A stretch of DNA of 64,000 nucleotides from Candidatus Woesearchaeota archaeon (lineage in GTDB: Archaea > Nanobdellota > Nanobdellia > Pacearchaeales > UBA284), in contig CAZBLY010000001.1 in the NCBI GenBank assembly GCA_964493265.1, forward strand, positions 28,119-92,118, read 5' to 3'. The notes under the pieces are model-generated. The model was not told the origin of the DNA. It saw only the letters and a program-made list of their open reading frames with translations, and ran no database searches. Shown one piece after another: positions 19,695 to 29,210 of the stretch. The translations under genes were made by a program, and so were the position numbers. The stretch's first letter is position 1, and each line of letters opens with the position of its first letter.

Positions 19695-20810
19695 ATGGGT
19701 GAAGAAACAGAAAAAAATCAAAAAGAAGAAAAAGAAACTAATGAACATAAAGCAGAAAGAGAGAGATATGAAAGAGAATTAGATGAACTTTTTGAAGTAA
19801 TTAAACTTGTAACCCCTGGAACAGAATTGAGAGCAGCAATAGATGATATAGCAAAAACCGGCCACGGAGGTCTTATTGTTATTGGAAACAGCCCCGAAGT
19901 TCTTAAAATTATCAACGGGGGATTTAAGATTGATTGCAAATTTGTTCCGCAAAAACTTGTTGAATTAAGCAAGATGGATGGAGCAATTATTCTTTCTGAT
20001 GATTTAAATAAAATTGTTTATTGCAACACTCTATTAGTTCCTGATTATACTATTGATACAAATGAAACTGGAACAAGATTTAAAGCAGCTGAGAGAACAG
20101 CCAAACACACATCCAGGCCAGTTTTAGCAATTTCTGAAAAAAGAAAAACAATATCCCTATATTATAAAAATACAAAATATGATTTAAGAAATACTGGAGA
20201 AATTCTTAATAAAGCTGTAGAAACTATGAGAATGCTAGAAAAACATAAAGAAATACTGGATGAACTTCTTGTTAATTTAAATGTTCTTGAATTTAATAAT
20301 CTAGTAACTCTAAAAGACATTGTTTCTTGCATCCAAAGAATGGAAATTATATCAAAGATCAGTGAACAAATCAAAAGATATCTCATTGAATTGGGAAGTG
20401 AAGGGAATATGGTTAAAATTCTGCTCAAAGAAGTAATTAAAGGAATAGGAATAGAAAAAGACCTCATTCTTAAAGATTATAGTAGAAATTGGGAATTTAC
20501 TAAAACCGCCCTGCCAACCCTAACTTTTGATGATCTTGGAGAATCAGAAAATATTGTAAGAGTTCTTCTTTATTCAAGTTTTTCAGATTCTGTCATTCCA
20601 ATAGGTCATCGTTTACTTTCAAAAATTTCCATAAATGAAGAATCAAAAGAAAGTCTTATATTACATCTTAAAAATCTTCCAACAATTTTAAATCTTGCAG
20701 CAACAGATCAAAATAAATTAGATGGCCTTATAGGGGAAAAAGATACAAAAAAAATGATTAAAGAGTTAAATACTCTAAAAGATTATGCTCTTATTGGTAA
20801 AAAGATTTAA
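19695..20810 (+). CDS. diadenylate cyclase (DisA_N/DAC) domain protein, DacZ-like
   Basis: DAC-domain signatures HGGLIVIG and DGAIILSDD, and TGTRFKAAERTA in the position of the canonical TGTRHRAA. Followed by a ~230 aa C-terminal domain. Confidence 0.6.
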   Translation: MGEETEKNQKEEKETNEHKAERERYERELDELFEVIKLVTPGTELRAAIDDIAKTGHGGLIVIGNSPEVLKIINGGFKIDCKFVPQKLVELSKMDGAIILSDDLNKIVYCNTLLVPDYTIDTNETGTRFKAAERTAKHTSRPVLAISEKRKTISLYYKNTKYDLRNTGEILNKAVETMRMLEKHKEILDELLVNLNVLEFNNLVTLKDIVSCIQRMEIISKISEQIKRYLIELGSEGNMVKILLKEVIKGIGIEKDLILKDYSRNWEFTKTALPTLTFDDLGESENIVRVLLYSSFSDSVIPIGHRLLSKISINEESKESLILHLKNLPTILNLAATDQNKLDGLIGEKDTKKMIKELNTLKDYALIGKKI

Positions 20811-20871
20811 AATATAGATTTAAAACATATATTTAAAATAAAAAACAAACAAAATTAAATAAATTATTAAA

Positions 20872-21921
20872 ATGCTCACTTCAAAACAAATAGATGAATT
20901 TAGAAATATCCTGCAAAAAACCCAAAACCCTCTTTTTTTGTTTGATGATGATGTTGATGGTCTTACATCTTTTCTTCTTTTAGCAAGTTTTTGTGGAAAA
21001 GGAAAAGGGGTTGCAATAAAAAGTTCTCCTGATTTAAACGAGTCTTATATTCGAAAGTTGCATGAATTTAACCCAGATTATGTTTTTATTCTTGACAAAC
21101 CTTTAGTAAGCAAAGAATTTATAGAAAGAACTAAAGAAATTGGGCTTCCAATTATGTGGTTAGATCATCATCCAAAACCACAAAATGCAGATGATGAAGG
21201 AATTTTATATTTTAATCCTTTAATATCCCTAAAACCAAGTCATGAACCAACATCTTATTTGGCTTATAAAATAACAAAGAAAAAAGAAGATGAATGGATA
21301 GCAATGATAGGTTGTATAGCTGACTGGTTTATTCCTGATTTTGCTGATTCTTTCTCTAAAAAATATCCTGATTTATTCACAAAGACCACAGACCCTGCAA
21401 AAGCACTTTATGAAACAGAAATTGGGAAAATAGTAAAAATGCTAAGTTTTGCTCTCAAAGACAGAACAAGTGTTGTAGTTCAAATGTTAAAAAACCTTCT
21501 AACATTAAAAGGGCCTCGTGAAATTTTAGATATTACAAATAAAACTACCAGCATTCATAAAAGATATAAACAAATAAATCAAAAATATGAAAAACTTTTA
21601 AATAAGGCAAAAGATATTGCAAAAACAACTAAAAATAAAAAGTTTTTATTTTTTCAATATGGTGGCGAATTAAGTATTAGTTCAGAGCTTTCTAATGAAC
21701 TTAGTTATTTTTATCCAGATAGAGTGGTTTTAGTTGCATATATAAAAGGAACAAAAGTAAATGCATCTATCAGGGGAAAAACAGATGTTAGAGAACTAAT
21801 GAATAAAGGTCTTGAAGGAATAGAAAGCAGTCATGGCGGGCATAAAAATGCTTCAGGAGCCACCTTACATGTTGAAGACCTCCCAAAATTTAGGGATAGG
21901 CTGACTAAACTATTAAAATAA
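20872..21921 (+). CDS. DHH/DHHA1 family phosphoesterase (NrnA/GdpP-like nanoRNase / cyclic-dinucleotide phosphodiesterase candidate)
   Basis: DHH motifs DDDVDGLTS and WLDHHP, and the DHHA1 motif HGGHKNASGAT near the C-terminus. 349 aa. Confidence 0.7.
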   Translation: MLTSKQIDEFRNILQKTQNPLFLFDDDVDGLTSFLLLASFCGKGKGVAIKSSPDLNESYIRKLHEFNPDYVFILDKPLVSKEFIERTKEIGLPIMWLDHHPKPQNADDEGILYFNPLISLKPSHEPTSYLAYKITKKKEDEWIAMIGCIADWFIPDFADSFSKKYPDLFTKTTDPAKALYETEIGKIVKMLSFALKDRTSVVVQMLKNLLTLKGPREILDITNKTTSIHKRYKQINQKYEKLLNKAKDIAKTTKNKKFLFFQYGGELSISSELSNELSYFYPDRVVLVAYIKGTKVNASIRGKTDVRELMNKGLEGIESSHGGHKNASGATLHVEDLPKFRDRLTKLLK

Positions 21922-21977
21922 AAAATAGCCAAAAAGAATTCGCTAAAAGTGTGTTATGTCTAATTGATCGGCGGCAC

Positions 21978-22298
21978 TTAAGAATATTTTTTGAAAATTA
22001 ACTCCAACCTTCTATCAAGAGAAAACATATCAAATTCTAATAAGTCATCCTGAATACTAATAAGTTTTTCTTTATCGTCTTGGTATGTTAACAGAGGATT
22101 CATGTCTAGTTGATCATCACTGTCGCGAATAGGCTCACCATCTGATCCAAGAGGCTCAAATGATCTAATATCCAAATAACAAGCATTCCTTGGAACGCGA
22201 AGTATTATTTTATCATTGCAAACATTATCTAATGTTAGATGCAGTGGAACTTCCACGTTTTTTCCTTGGTATTCTTTTGGAATAATATAATCAGGCAT
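21978..22298 (-). CDS. hypothetical acidic protein
   Basis: A 106 aa ORF with no recognisable motif. Confidence 0.25.
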   Translation of the reverse strand: MPDYIIPKEYQGKNVEVPLHLTLDNVCNDKIILRVPRNACYLDIRSFEPLGSDGEPIRDSDDQLDMNPLLTYQDDKEKLISIQDDLLEFDMFSLDRRLELIFKKYS

Positions 22299-22470
22299 AA
22301 AATAAAATATTTTTTAATCTTAATAAATCTTGCTCCACCTTGCAACCCAAAATCCCTCTGATTTTGCCCTCACAAGTTCAGGGACGCCTAACAGCAATTA
22401 ATCTCAACTATAAAAAACCTTAAAAAACTTTAAAAACAACTCTTTCTTACTATTATAGAGGAGAAAAACG

Positions 22471-23016
22471 ATGGGATTAAGAAAAGGTCATTGTTATAAT
22501 AAAATTACTAGACGTCCATATACTCGGAAAAGCAAGGTTAGAACTAAGAGTTATATTAAGACAAGTCCGCCTAATAAAATTGCAAAATATGTTATGGGCG
22601 ACATTCCTGGATTTTTTAACAATAAATATCCTGTTTCTATTTCTCTTATAGCTCTAGAACCAGTACAAATTAGAGATAATTCATTAGAAGCTTCTAGACA
22701 AGTTATTACTAGACATTTAGAAAAAAAATTCAAAGGAGCTTTTTATTTTGTTGTTAGTGCTTATCCTCATCATATCCTTAGAGAAAATAAAATGTTAACA
22801 GGTGCTGGAGCAGATAGAATGCAGACAGGAATGCAGCAAAGTTTTGGAAAACCAGTTGGTATAGCTGCAAGAGTCAAGGCAGGTGGAAAAATCTTTACTG
22901 TAATGTGTAATAAAAGTGGTGTTCCTATAGTAAGAAAAATTTTCGCAAAAGTAAAATCAAAAATCCCAGGTAAAAAATCCGTTATAGTCAAAGAAATAAA
23001 GAAAATTAAAAAATAA
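22471..23016 (+). CDS. rpl10e: ribosomal protein L10e (uL16)
   Basis: MGLRKGHCYNKITRRPYTRKSK is the typical L10e N-terminus. SD gaggag upstream. Confidence 0.85.
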   Translation: MGLRKGHCYNKITRRPYTRKSKVRTKSYIKTSPPNKIAKYVMGDIPGFFNNKYPVSISLIALEPVQIRDNSLEASRQVITRHLEKKFKGAFYFVVSAYPHHILRENKMLTGAGADRMQTGMQQSFGKPVGIAARVKAGGKIFTVMCNKSGVPIVRKIFAKVKSKIPGKKSVIVKEIKKIKK

Positions 23017-23058
23017 AACCAGAATCCATCAACCAAAAAAGAGGCAAGGCCAAAACAT

Positions 23059-25509
23059 ATGGAAGAAATAGATAAGAACAAAGAAGATAAAAATAAAGAG
23101 ATGTGGCAAGAAGGAGAGCCTCAAAAAATTGTTGATAGTTCTCGTAATATTGTATGGCTTTCTGAAATTGGAAAAAAAGATATAAATATTGCAGGCGGAA
23201 AAGGAGCCAATCTTGCTGAAATGTATAATGCAGAATTACCAGTTCCACCAGCTTTTATTATTACAGCCCAAGCTTATCAAAATTTCATTGAATATTCTAA
23301 AATCAAAGATAAAATTCTTGAAATAGCAAACAGTATTAATCTTGAAAATACGCAAGAATTAGAAGAGAAATCAAAAGAAATTAGAAATTTAATAATTAAA
23401 GCAGAAATGCCGGAAAAATTAAAAAAAGAAATTATTGAATCTTATTCTAATATAAATGTTGATAGGGCTGCTCTTGAAGAAGCATCCTCAGATGCCTTAG
23501 GAATTATTAGAGCAGCAAAAGAGCCATGTTTTGTTGCAGTAAGAAGTTCAGCTACAACAGAAGATCTTAGCACAGCAAGTTTTGCAGGACAACAAGATAC
23601 TTTTCTAAATATCAAAGGGAATAAAGATCTTCTTGAATCAATTAAAAAATGTTGGGCATCTTTATTCACAGCAAGAGCAACATATTATAGAACAAGAAAA
23701 GGATTTTCCCATGAAAACAGTTTTATTGCGGTAGTTATTCAAAAAATGATTAATTCTGAAAAATCTGGTGTTACATTTACAATCAATCCATTAACAAACA
23801 ATAAAGAAGAGATAATTATTGAAGCTGTTTTTGGTTTGGGCGAAGGAATTGTTTCAGGAACAATAGAACCAGATAGTTATGTTATAGATAAAAAAAATCT
23901 CAGACTTAAGAAAAAAAGAATTGGAAATAAAAAACTCTCTTTTATGAGGGCAGCCAGTGGAGAAACCATTAAAAAAGAAGTTCCAGAAAAAATTTGGAAA
24001 AAAGAAGTTCTCGATGGTCTTGAACTAAGAAAATTATCCAATTATGCTATAAAAATTGAAGAACACTATAAATGGCCCCAAGATATTGAATGGGCAATAG
24101 AAGGCGGCCATATTTATATTGTTCAAAGTCGGCCAGTCACAACAATTGAAAAAGAAATAAAAGAAACCAAACAAATAGAAGGACAAGAATTATTAAAAGG
24201 GTTAGCAGCCTCCCCAGGTTTAGTATCTGGAAAAGTAAAAATTATCCATAATCTATCTGAATTATCAAAAATTCAAAAAGGCGACATACTTGTAACAAAA
24301 ATGACAAATCCAGACATGGTTGTTACAATGCAAAAAGCTTTAGCAATAGTAACAGATGAAGGTGGCTTAACCTGTCATGCAGCTATAATATCTCGTGAAA
24401 TTGGGGTTCCAGCCATAGTAGGAACGAAAAAAGCAACACAAATTCTTAAAGATGGCCAAATAATTACAGTAGATGGAAGACGCGGTAAAATCTATAAAGG
24501 AACAATAGAAACAATAGAGAAACCATCAGAAGAATCAATAGAAAAAGAAGAGAAAGAAAAGCCTGCTGAACAAATAAAAGTTCCATTAATACCTAAACAT
24601 GTTAAAGAAGCTTATGAACAAGTAAGGGCTAAAAAATATGAAAGAATAAAACCATTAGTTAAGGTTAATTGTGATATTCCAGACGTTGTAGAAAGAGCTG
24701 TTGCAACAGAACCAGATGGTGTTGGTCTTGTTAGAATAGAATTTATTATTGCTCAAGGAAGAATACATCCAGCAGAATTTATAAGAAGAAAAGAACAAGA
24801 TAAATATACAGATATTCTTGTCAAAGGAATAGAAAAAATAGCCAAAGCATTTCAAGGCAAGCCAGTTTGGGTAAGAACATCTGATATAAGAACAGATGAA
24901 TATAGGGGGCTTGAAGGAGCAAACAATGAACCAAGAGAAAGCAATCCAATGATAGGATGGCATGGCATTCGTCGAGGATTAGATGAACCAGAGCTTCTCA
25001 AGGCAGAATTACAAGCAATAAAAAAACTTCATGAAAAAGGTTATAAAAATGTTGGGGTTATGGTTCCTTTTCTAATTAATGTTGATGAGCTGAAAAAAGC
25101 TAAAGCTATGATGAATTCAATAGGGCTTCAACCAGGCAAAGATGTTGAATTTGGTATCATGATTGAAACTCCCGCATCTTGCTGGATAATTGAAGATTTA
25201 TGCAAAGAAGGAATAGACTTTATTTCTTTTGGAACAAATGACCTCACCCAACTTAGCCTTGGAATAGATAGAAATAATGAAAGACTTGCTCGAAATTACA
25301 ATGAAATGCATCCAAGCATTATTGGACAAATAACTCAAGTAATACACATCTGTCAAAAATATAATGTTCAAACATCTATCTGCGGCCAGGCAGGATCAAT
25401 TCCAGCAATGGCGCGATTCCTGACAAAACAAGGAATAACTAGTATCTCAGCCAACATTGATTCAGTTGCCCTCATCAGAGATGCTGTCAATGATGCTTTT
25501 AAGAATTAA
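23059..25509 (+). CDS. ppsA: phosphoenolpyruvate synthase (pyruvate, water dikinase)
   Basis: ATP-grasp GGKGANLAEM, phospho-His domain GGLTCHAAIISREIGVPAIVG, C-terminal PEP-utilising TIM barrel. 816 aa. Confidence 0.85.
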   Translation: MEEIDKNKEDKNKEMWQEGEPQKIVDSSRNIVWLSEIGKKDINIAGGKGANLAEMYNAELPVPPAFIITAQAYQNFIEYSKIKDKILEIANSINLENTQELEEKSKEIRNLIIKAEMPEKLKKEIIESYSNINVDRAALEEASSDALGIIRAAKEPCFVAVRSSATTEDLSTASFAGQQDTFLNIKGNKDLLESIKKCWASLFTARATYYRTRKGFSHENSFIAVVIQKMINSEKSGVTFTINPLTNNKEEIIIEAVFGLGEGIVSGTIEPDSYVIDKKNLRLKKKRIGNKKLSFMRAASGETIKKEVPEKIWKKEVLDGLELRKLSNYAIKIEEHYKWPQDIEWAIEGGHIYIVQSRPVTTIEKEIKETKQIEGQELLKGLAASPGLVSGKVKIIHNLSELSKIQKGDILVTKMTNPDMVVTMQKALAIVTDEGGLTCHAAIISREIGVPAIVGTKKATQILKDGQIITVDGRRGKIYKGTIETIEKPSEESIEKEEKEKPAEQIKVPLIPKHVKEAYEQVRAKKYERIKPLVKVNCDIPDVVERAVATEPDGVGLVRIEFIIAQGRIHPAEFIRRKEQDKYTDILVKGIEKIAKAFQGKPVWVRTSDIRTDEYRGLEGANNEPRESNPMIGWHGIRRGLDEPELLKAELQAIKKLHEKGYKNVGVMVPFLINVDELKKAKAMMNSIGLQPGKDVEFGIMIETPASCWIIEDLCKEGIDFISFGTNDLTQLSLGIDRNNERLARNYNEMHPSIIGQITQVIHICQKYNVQTSICGQAGSIPAMARFLTKQGITSISANIDSVALIRDAVNDAFKN

Positions 25510-25534
25510 GATTTAAAATTTTTTGTTTTTATTT

Positions 25535-26149
25535 TTATTTTTTATTAAAATAAAAATTATCACTTCGCCTAAATGGAAAATCCTTACTATATTTTGTTGG
25601 TAGTAATCTCATTTTATCATTTATTAAACTAGGATCTCTAATAGTGTTGCCTTTATTATCTAATGGTTCTAAAGAAATATTGACAAAATCATGCGTATCT
25701 AAACAAAAATAAAGTGGAATAGCTTTGACTGTCTTTACTAAGTCTCTAGCTTTTTTTGCCTCTTGTACATTTATCTTTTTATCTATAATCCCAAAACACA
25801 GATATGGGTTCTTAATGCATTTTTTCTTCTCTTCTTCAAACATAGAACTACCTATTAAAAGATGTTCTTGATAATTTAAAAAATCAGACGCAGGTCTATA
25901 ACCTTTATCATAAAGAGTTTTTTCCACTTGTTTAATTAATTCCGTATATCTTTCTCTATCCTTCTCAAGTAAATGATTAAAGTAAAATTTATATCTAGAC
26001 AATCCCAGCAAAGAAATTTTGTGAGTTGGAATACTAGAATCAAAACATTTTTCTAAATAGTTTAATGCATCTTTAGCTGAATCTGAATGGGGTTTAGATT
26101 TAATTTTCCCTAATATTTCTTTAAATTCAACTAAGATCTGATTAGTCAT
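25535..26149 (-). CDS. hypothetical protein
   Basis: A 204 aa ORF with no recognisable motif. Confidence 0.3.
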   Translation of the reverse strand: MTNQILVEFKEILGKIKSKPHSDSAKDALNYLEKCFDSSIPTHKISLLGLSRYKFYFNHLLEKDRERYTELIKQVEKTLYDKGYRPASDFLNYQEHLLIGSSMFEEEKKKCIKNPYLCFGIIDKKINVQEAKKARDLVKTVKAIPLYFCLDTHDFVNISLEPLDNKGNTIRDPSLINDKMRLLPTKYSKDFPFRRSDNFYFNKK

Positions 26150-26415
26150 TTAATTATATAAAAAGACAGATTTATAAATTTATGGTATTGTTACGCCTCT
26201 AAAATAATAACATTAATCATACACAAACCCACAACTAAAAAAATAATAAACTTTAAAAATATCTTTCAATTAAAAGATATAGAAAAAAATGGAATTACAA
26301 TCAAGATTGCTTAAAGCTTTAGCAATTCCAATTTATTAATTTTTTAGGATAATTATCTTTATTGCTATTTAAATCTATTATATAATTCATTATATATTAT
26401 AATTTTCTAAACAAG

Positions 26416-27375
26416 ATGAAAAAAGTCAAAGATTTTTTATGGAAACCTGGCATGAATATAGAAGAATGTGTAGATAGATTTAGCAGTCTAGGATTTCAGG
26501 CAATTGAATTAAATGCAGCATCTGAAGTGGTTCTAAAAATGAAAAAAGCTAAAGCAAAGATTTTTTTAACATTTACTTCAAACATGGTAACCACTGGATT
26601 AAGAGGATTTTTTGCTCAACTAATCAAACTAAAAATAATAAATTTCATTGTCACAACATCTGGTTCAATTGAAGAAGATATAATAAAAGCTTTAGGAGAA
26701 AATTTTGAAATAACTAAATTTAATGCAGACGATGTGCATTTACATGAAAAAGGTGAAAATAGGATAGGCAACTTATTAATTAGAAATGAGAGTTATATGA
26801 AATTTGAAGACACCATATCAAACATCCTAGATAAAATATTTAAAAAAAGACAAAAAGAAAATAAAAATAAGAGAATTTCTGCTTCAGAACTTTTAAAAGA
26901 AATAGGTTTAATGATAGATGATGAAAATTCTATTCTTTATCAGGCAGCAAAAAATAATATATCTATTTTTTGTCCTGGAATTGCAGATAGTGCACTTGGG
27001 TTTCATCTATTTATGTATCAACAAAAACATCCTGACTTTGTTGTTGACACATTATGGGATATGAAAAAAGCCACAACAGAATTAAGTTTTGATGAAAAAA
27101 AAGGTTTAATTGCATTGGGTGGGAGTATTTCAAAACATTATGCTATTTTTTCAGCCTTATTAAGTGGCGGTCTTGATTACGCTGTCTATATGACTTCCTC
27201 TCATCAAAGTTCTGGAAGTTTTTCGGGTGCAACAACTCAAGAAGCAAAATCCTGGGGAAAAATAAAAGATGATGCAGAAGCCTCAACAGTAATCGGAGAT
27301 GTAACAATAACCTTTCCTTTAATGATGATTAATGTCCTTGAAAAATTAAAAAAACAAGGACTTCTCAAAATCTAA
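26416..27375 (+). CDS. dys: deoxyhypusine synthase
   Basis: FTSNMVTTGLRGFFAQLIK and GGSISKHYAIFSALL match DHS NAD/spermidine-binding regions. 319 aa. Confidence 0.75.
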   Translation: MKKVKDFLWKPGMNIEECVDRFSSLGFQAIELNAASEVVLKMKKAKAKIFLTFTSNMVTTGLRGFFAQLIKLKIINFIVTTSGSIEEDIIKALGENFEITKFNADDVHLHEKGENRIGNLLIRNESYMKFEDTISNILDKIFKKRQKENKNKRISASELLKEIGLMIDDENSILYQAAKNNISIFCPGIADSALGFHLFMYQQKHPDFVVDTLWDMKKATTELSFDEKKGLIALGGSISKHYAIFSALLSGGLDYAVYMTSSHQSSGSFSGATTQEAKSWGKIKDDAEASTVIGDVTITFPLMMINVLEKLKKQGLLKI

Positions 27376-27400
27376 AAAAATAAAAATAAAAAACCAAAAA

Positions 27401-28447
27401 ATGGAACCCAAATTCATTCTAAATAAAAAGAAAATTTTAGAACAATACAACAAATTAAAAGATTTGAATCTGATTGTTTCTTACAGCTACAAAACCAACC
27501 GAGAAGTGGGAAATGTTCTGCAGGATATAACAACCTGTTTTTTTTCTATTCATAATATTGAAGAAATAAATATGATTAAAGACAAGAAAAGGATCTGGTT
27601 TTTCTCTCAAGCCTGGAATGAAGAACAGATAAAAGAAATTCTAAAAAAAGGAGTAAGGGATTTTGTTATAGATGATGAAACAGATCTAAAAAAACTTTTA
27701 AATATTATAAAAAAAGAAAATATAAAAATTAATCTTAGCTTAAGAATGAAATTCCAAGAGCATAGAATTGGTTCTGGAAAATATTTTGTTTATGGCCTTT
27801 CTTCTCTAAAAATCAACAAAATTATAAATAAAATAAAAGACAATCAATTAATCCATAATCTAGGAATTCACATCCATAGAAAAAGTCAAAATACTAATGA
27901 ATGGAATATGATAGATGAATTAAAAGATTCCCTGACAAAAGAGAGTCTTAAAAGAATTAATAGTATAAATTTAGGCGGCGGGCTTCCTGTAAAATATAAA
28001 ACATATTCTGCAGAGATACTCCCCTATATTCTAAACAAACTTAAGGAAACACAACAGTTTTTACAAGAACATAATATAGAAACAATAATTGAGCCAGGAA
28101 GATTTATAGCAGCCCCAGCAATAAAACTTGAAACAGAAATTATTCAAATTAAAGAAGAAGATAATATAATCATAATAAATTGCTCTATTTATAATTCTGC
28201 TTTGGATACAGTAATTACAGATATTAGAATGTTAATAGATCAAGAACTTCCAGAAGATTCAAAAGGCCATTTTTATTTGATTAAAGGAAATACGCCAACA
28301 AGGGATGATATTTTCAGATATAAAGTAAGATTAAAGAATCCAAAAATAGGAGATAAAATAACATTTCTAAATGCCGGAGCTTATAATTATACAACAGATT
28401 TTTGTTCTCTCAAAAAATTAAAAACAATAATTGTTGAAGATTTTTGA
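27401..28447 (+). CDS. PLP-dependent decarboxylase, Orn/DAP/Arg decarboxylase (alanine-racemase fold, group IV) family
   Basis: PLP-lysine context SYSYKTN (cf. AVKAN), G-rich loop NLGGGLP, and the EPGR motif (IIEPGRFIAAPA). Short form of 348 aa. Confidence 0.6.
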   Translation: MEPKFILNKKKILEQYNKLKDLNLIVSYSYKTNREVGNVLQDITTCFFSIHNIEEINMIKDKKRIWFFSQAWNEEQIKEILKKGVRDFVIDDETDLKKLLNIIKKENIKINLSLRMKFQEHRIGSGKYFVYGLSSLKINKIINKIKDNQLIHNLGIHIHRKSQNTNEWNMIDELKDSLTKESLKRINSINLGGGLPVKYKTYSAEILPYILNKLKETQQFLQEHNIETIIEPGRFIAAPAIKLETEIIQIKEEDNIIIINCSIYNSALDTVITDIRMLIDQELPEDSKGHFYLIKGNTPTRDDIFRYKVRLKNPKIGDKITFLNAGAYNYTTDFCSLKKLKTIIVEDF

Positions 28448-28495
28448 TTGTTATTAGTTTGTTATAAAAATTCTATATTTTTAGTGTTACTTTTA

Positions 28496-28525
28496 CGTAG
28501 TCACAAGAAGAAACATTTATAAATA
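28496..28525 (+). promoter_or_regulatory. second copy of CGTAGTCACAA-N9-TTTATAAATA promoter element (upstream of nfi)
   Basis: cgtagtcacaagaagaaacatttataaata. The TATA box is 20 nt before the nfi ATG, indicating a leaderless transcript. Confidence 0.4.
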
Positions 28526-28544
28526 TCTTAATCTTTAATATTTT

Positions 28545-29210
28545 ATGAAAGAAGAGGATGCAATTGAAAAAGGCATTGATATTGAAGCTCTAAAGGCAGA
28601 ACAGAAAAAGCTAGCTAAAGCCGTCTCACTCAAAGATGTATTTAATTTTGAAAATGCAACAAGATTCTGTGCAATACATACAATGGCACTTCAAGAAACA
28701 AAAGAAATCATAGCTTCTGCTGTTGTTGTGGATGAAAATCTTGAACTTATTGAGGAAAAATATATAATCAGACCAATCAAATTTCCTTATATTCCTGGCT
28801 ATAGAGCTTATAGAGAACTTCCTATTATGAATGTTGTTTATAATAAATTAGAAGAAAGACCAGATGTTATTTTTATTGAAGCCCATGGAATTGCCCATCC
28901 AAGAGGTTTAGGATTAACAAGCCATTTTGGTATCAGTATAGATAAACCAACAATTGGGGTGGCTAAAAAAATTTTGATAGGCCAAGAAAAAGATGATGAG
29001 ATTATAATTGATAAAAAAGTTGTTGCTAAATCAATTATTACAAAACAAGGAGCTAAACCAATCTACATTTCAATAGGACATATGATAAGCTTAAAGACAG
29101 CTATAGAAGTAACAAAAAGATGTATTAAAGAGCCTCATAAATTCCCAGAACCTATTGTCATGGCTAGAAAAATTGCTGAGAAAGTAAAACAAGAGTTGGG
29201 TAAGAAATAA
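28545..29210 (+). CDS. nfi: endonuclease V
   Basis: EAHGIAHPRGLGLTSHFGISIDKPTIGVAKK matches the EndoV core (HPRR.GLASH.G...D.PTIGVAK). 221 aa. Confidence 0.75.
   Translation: MKEEDAIEKGIDIEALKAEQKKLAKAVSLKDVFNFENATRFCAIHTMALQETKEIIASAVVVDENLELIEEKYIIRPIKFPYIPGYRAYRELPIMNVVYNKLEERPDVIFIEAHGIAHPRGLGLTSHFGISIDKPTIGVAKKILIGQEKDDEIIIDKKVVAKSIITKQGAKPIYISIGHMISLKTAIEVTKRCIKEPHKFPEPIVMARKIAEKVKQELGKK

Noticed and set aside
23442-24963. Minus-strand ORFs 23442..23669 and 24655..24963
   Set aside because: They are embedded antisense in ppsA.
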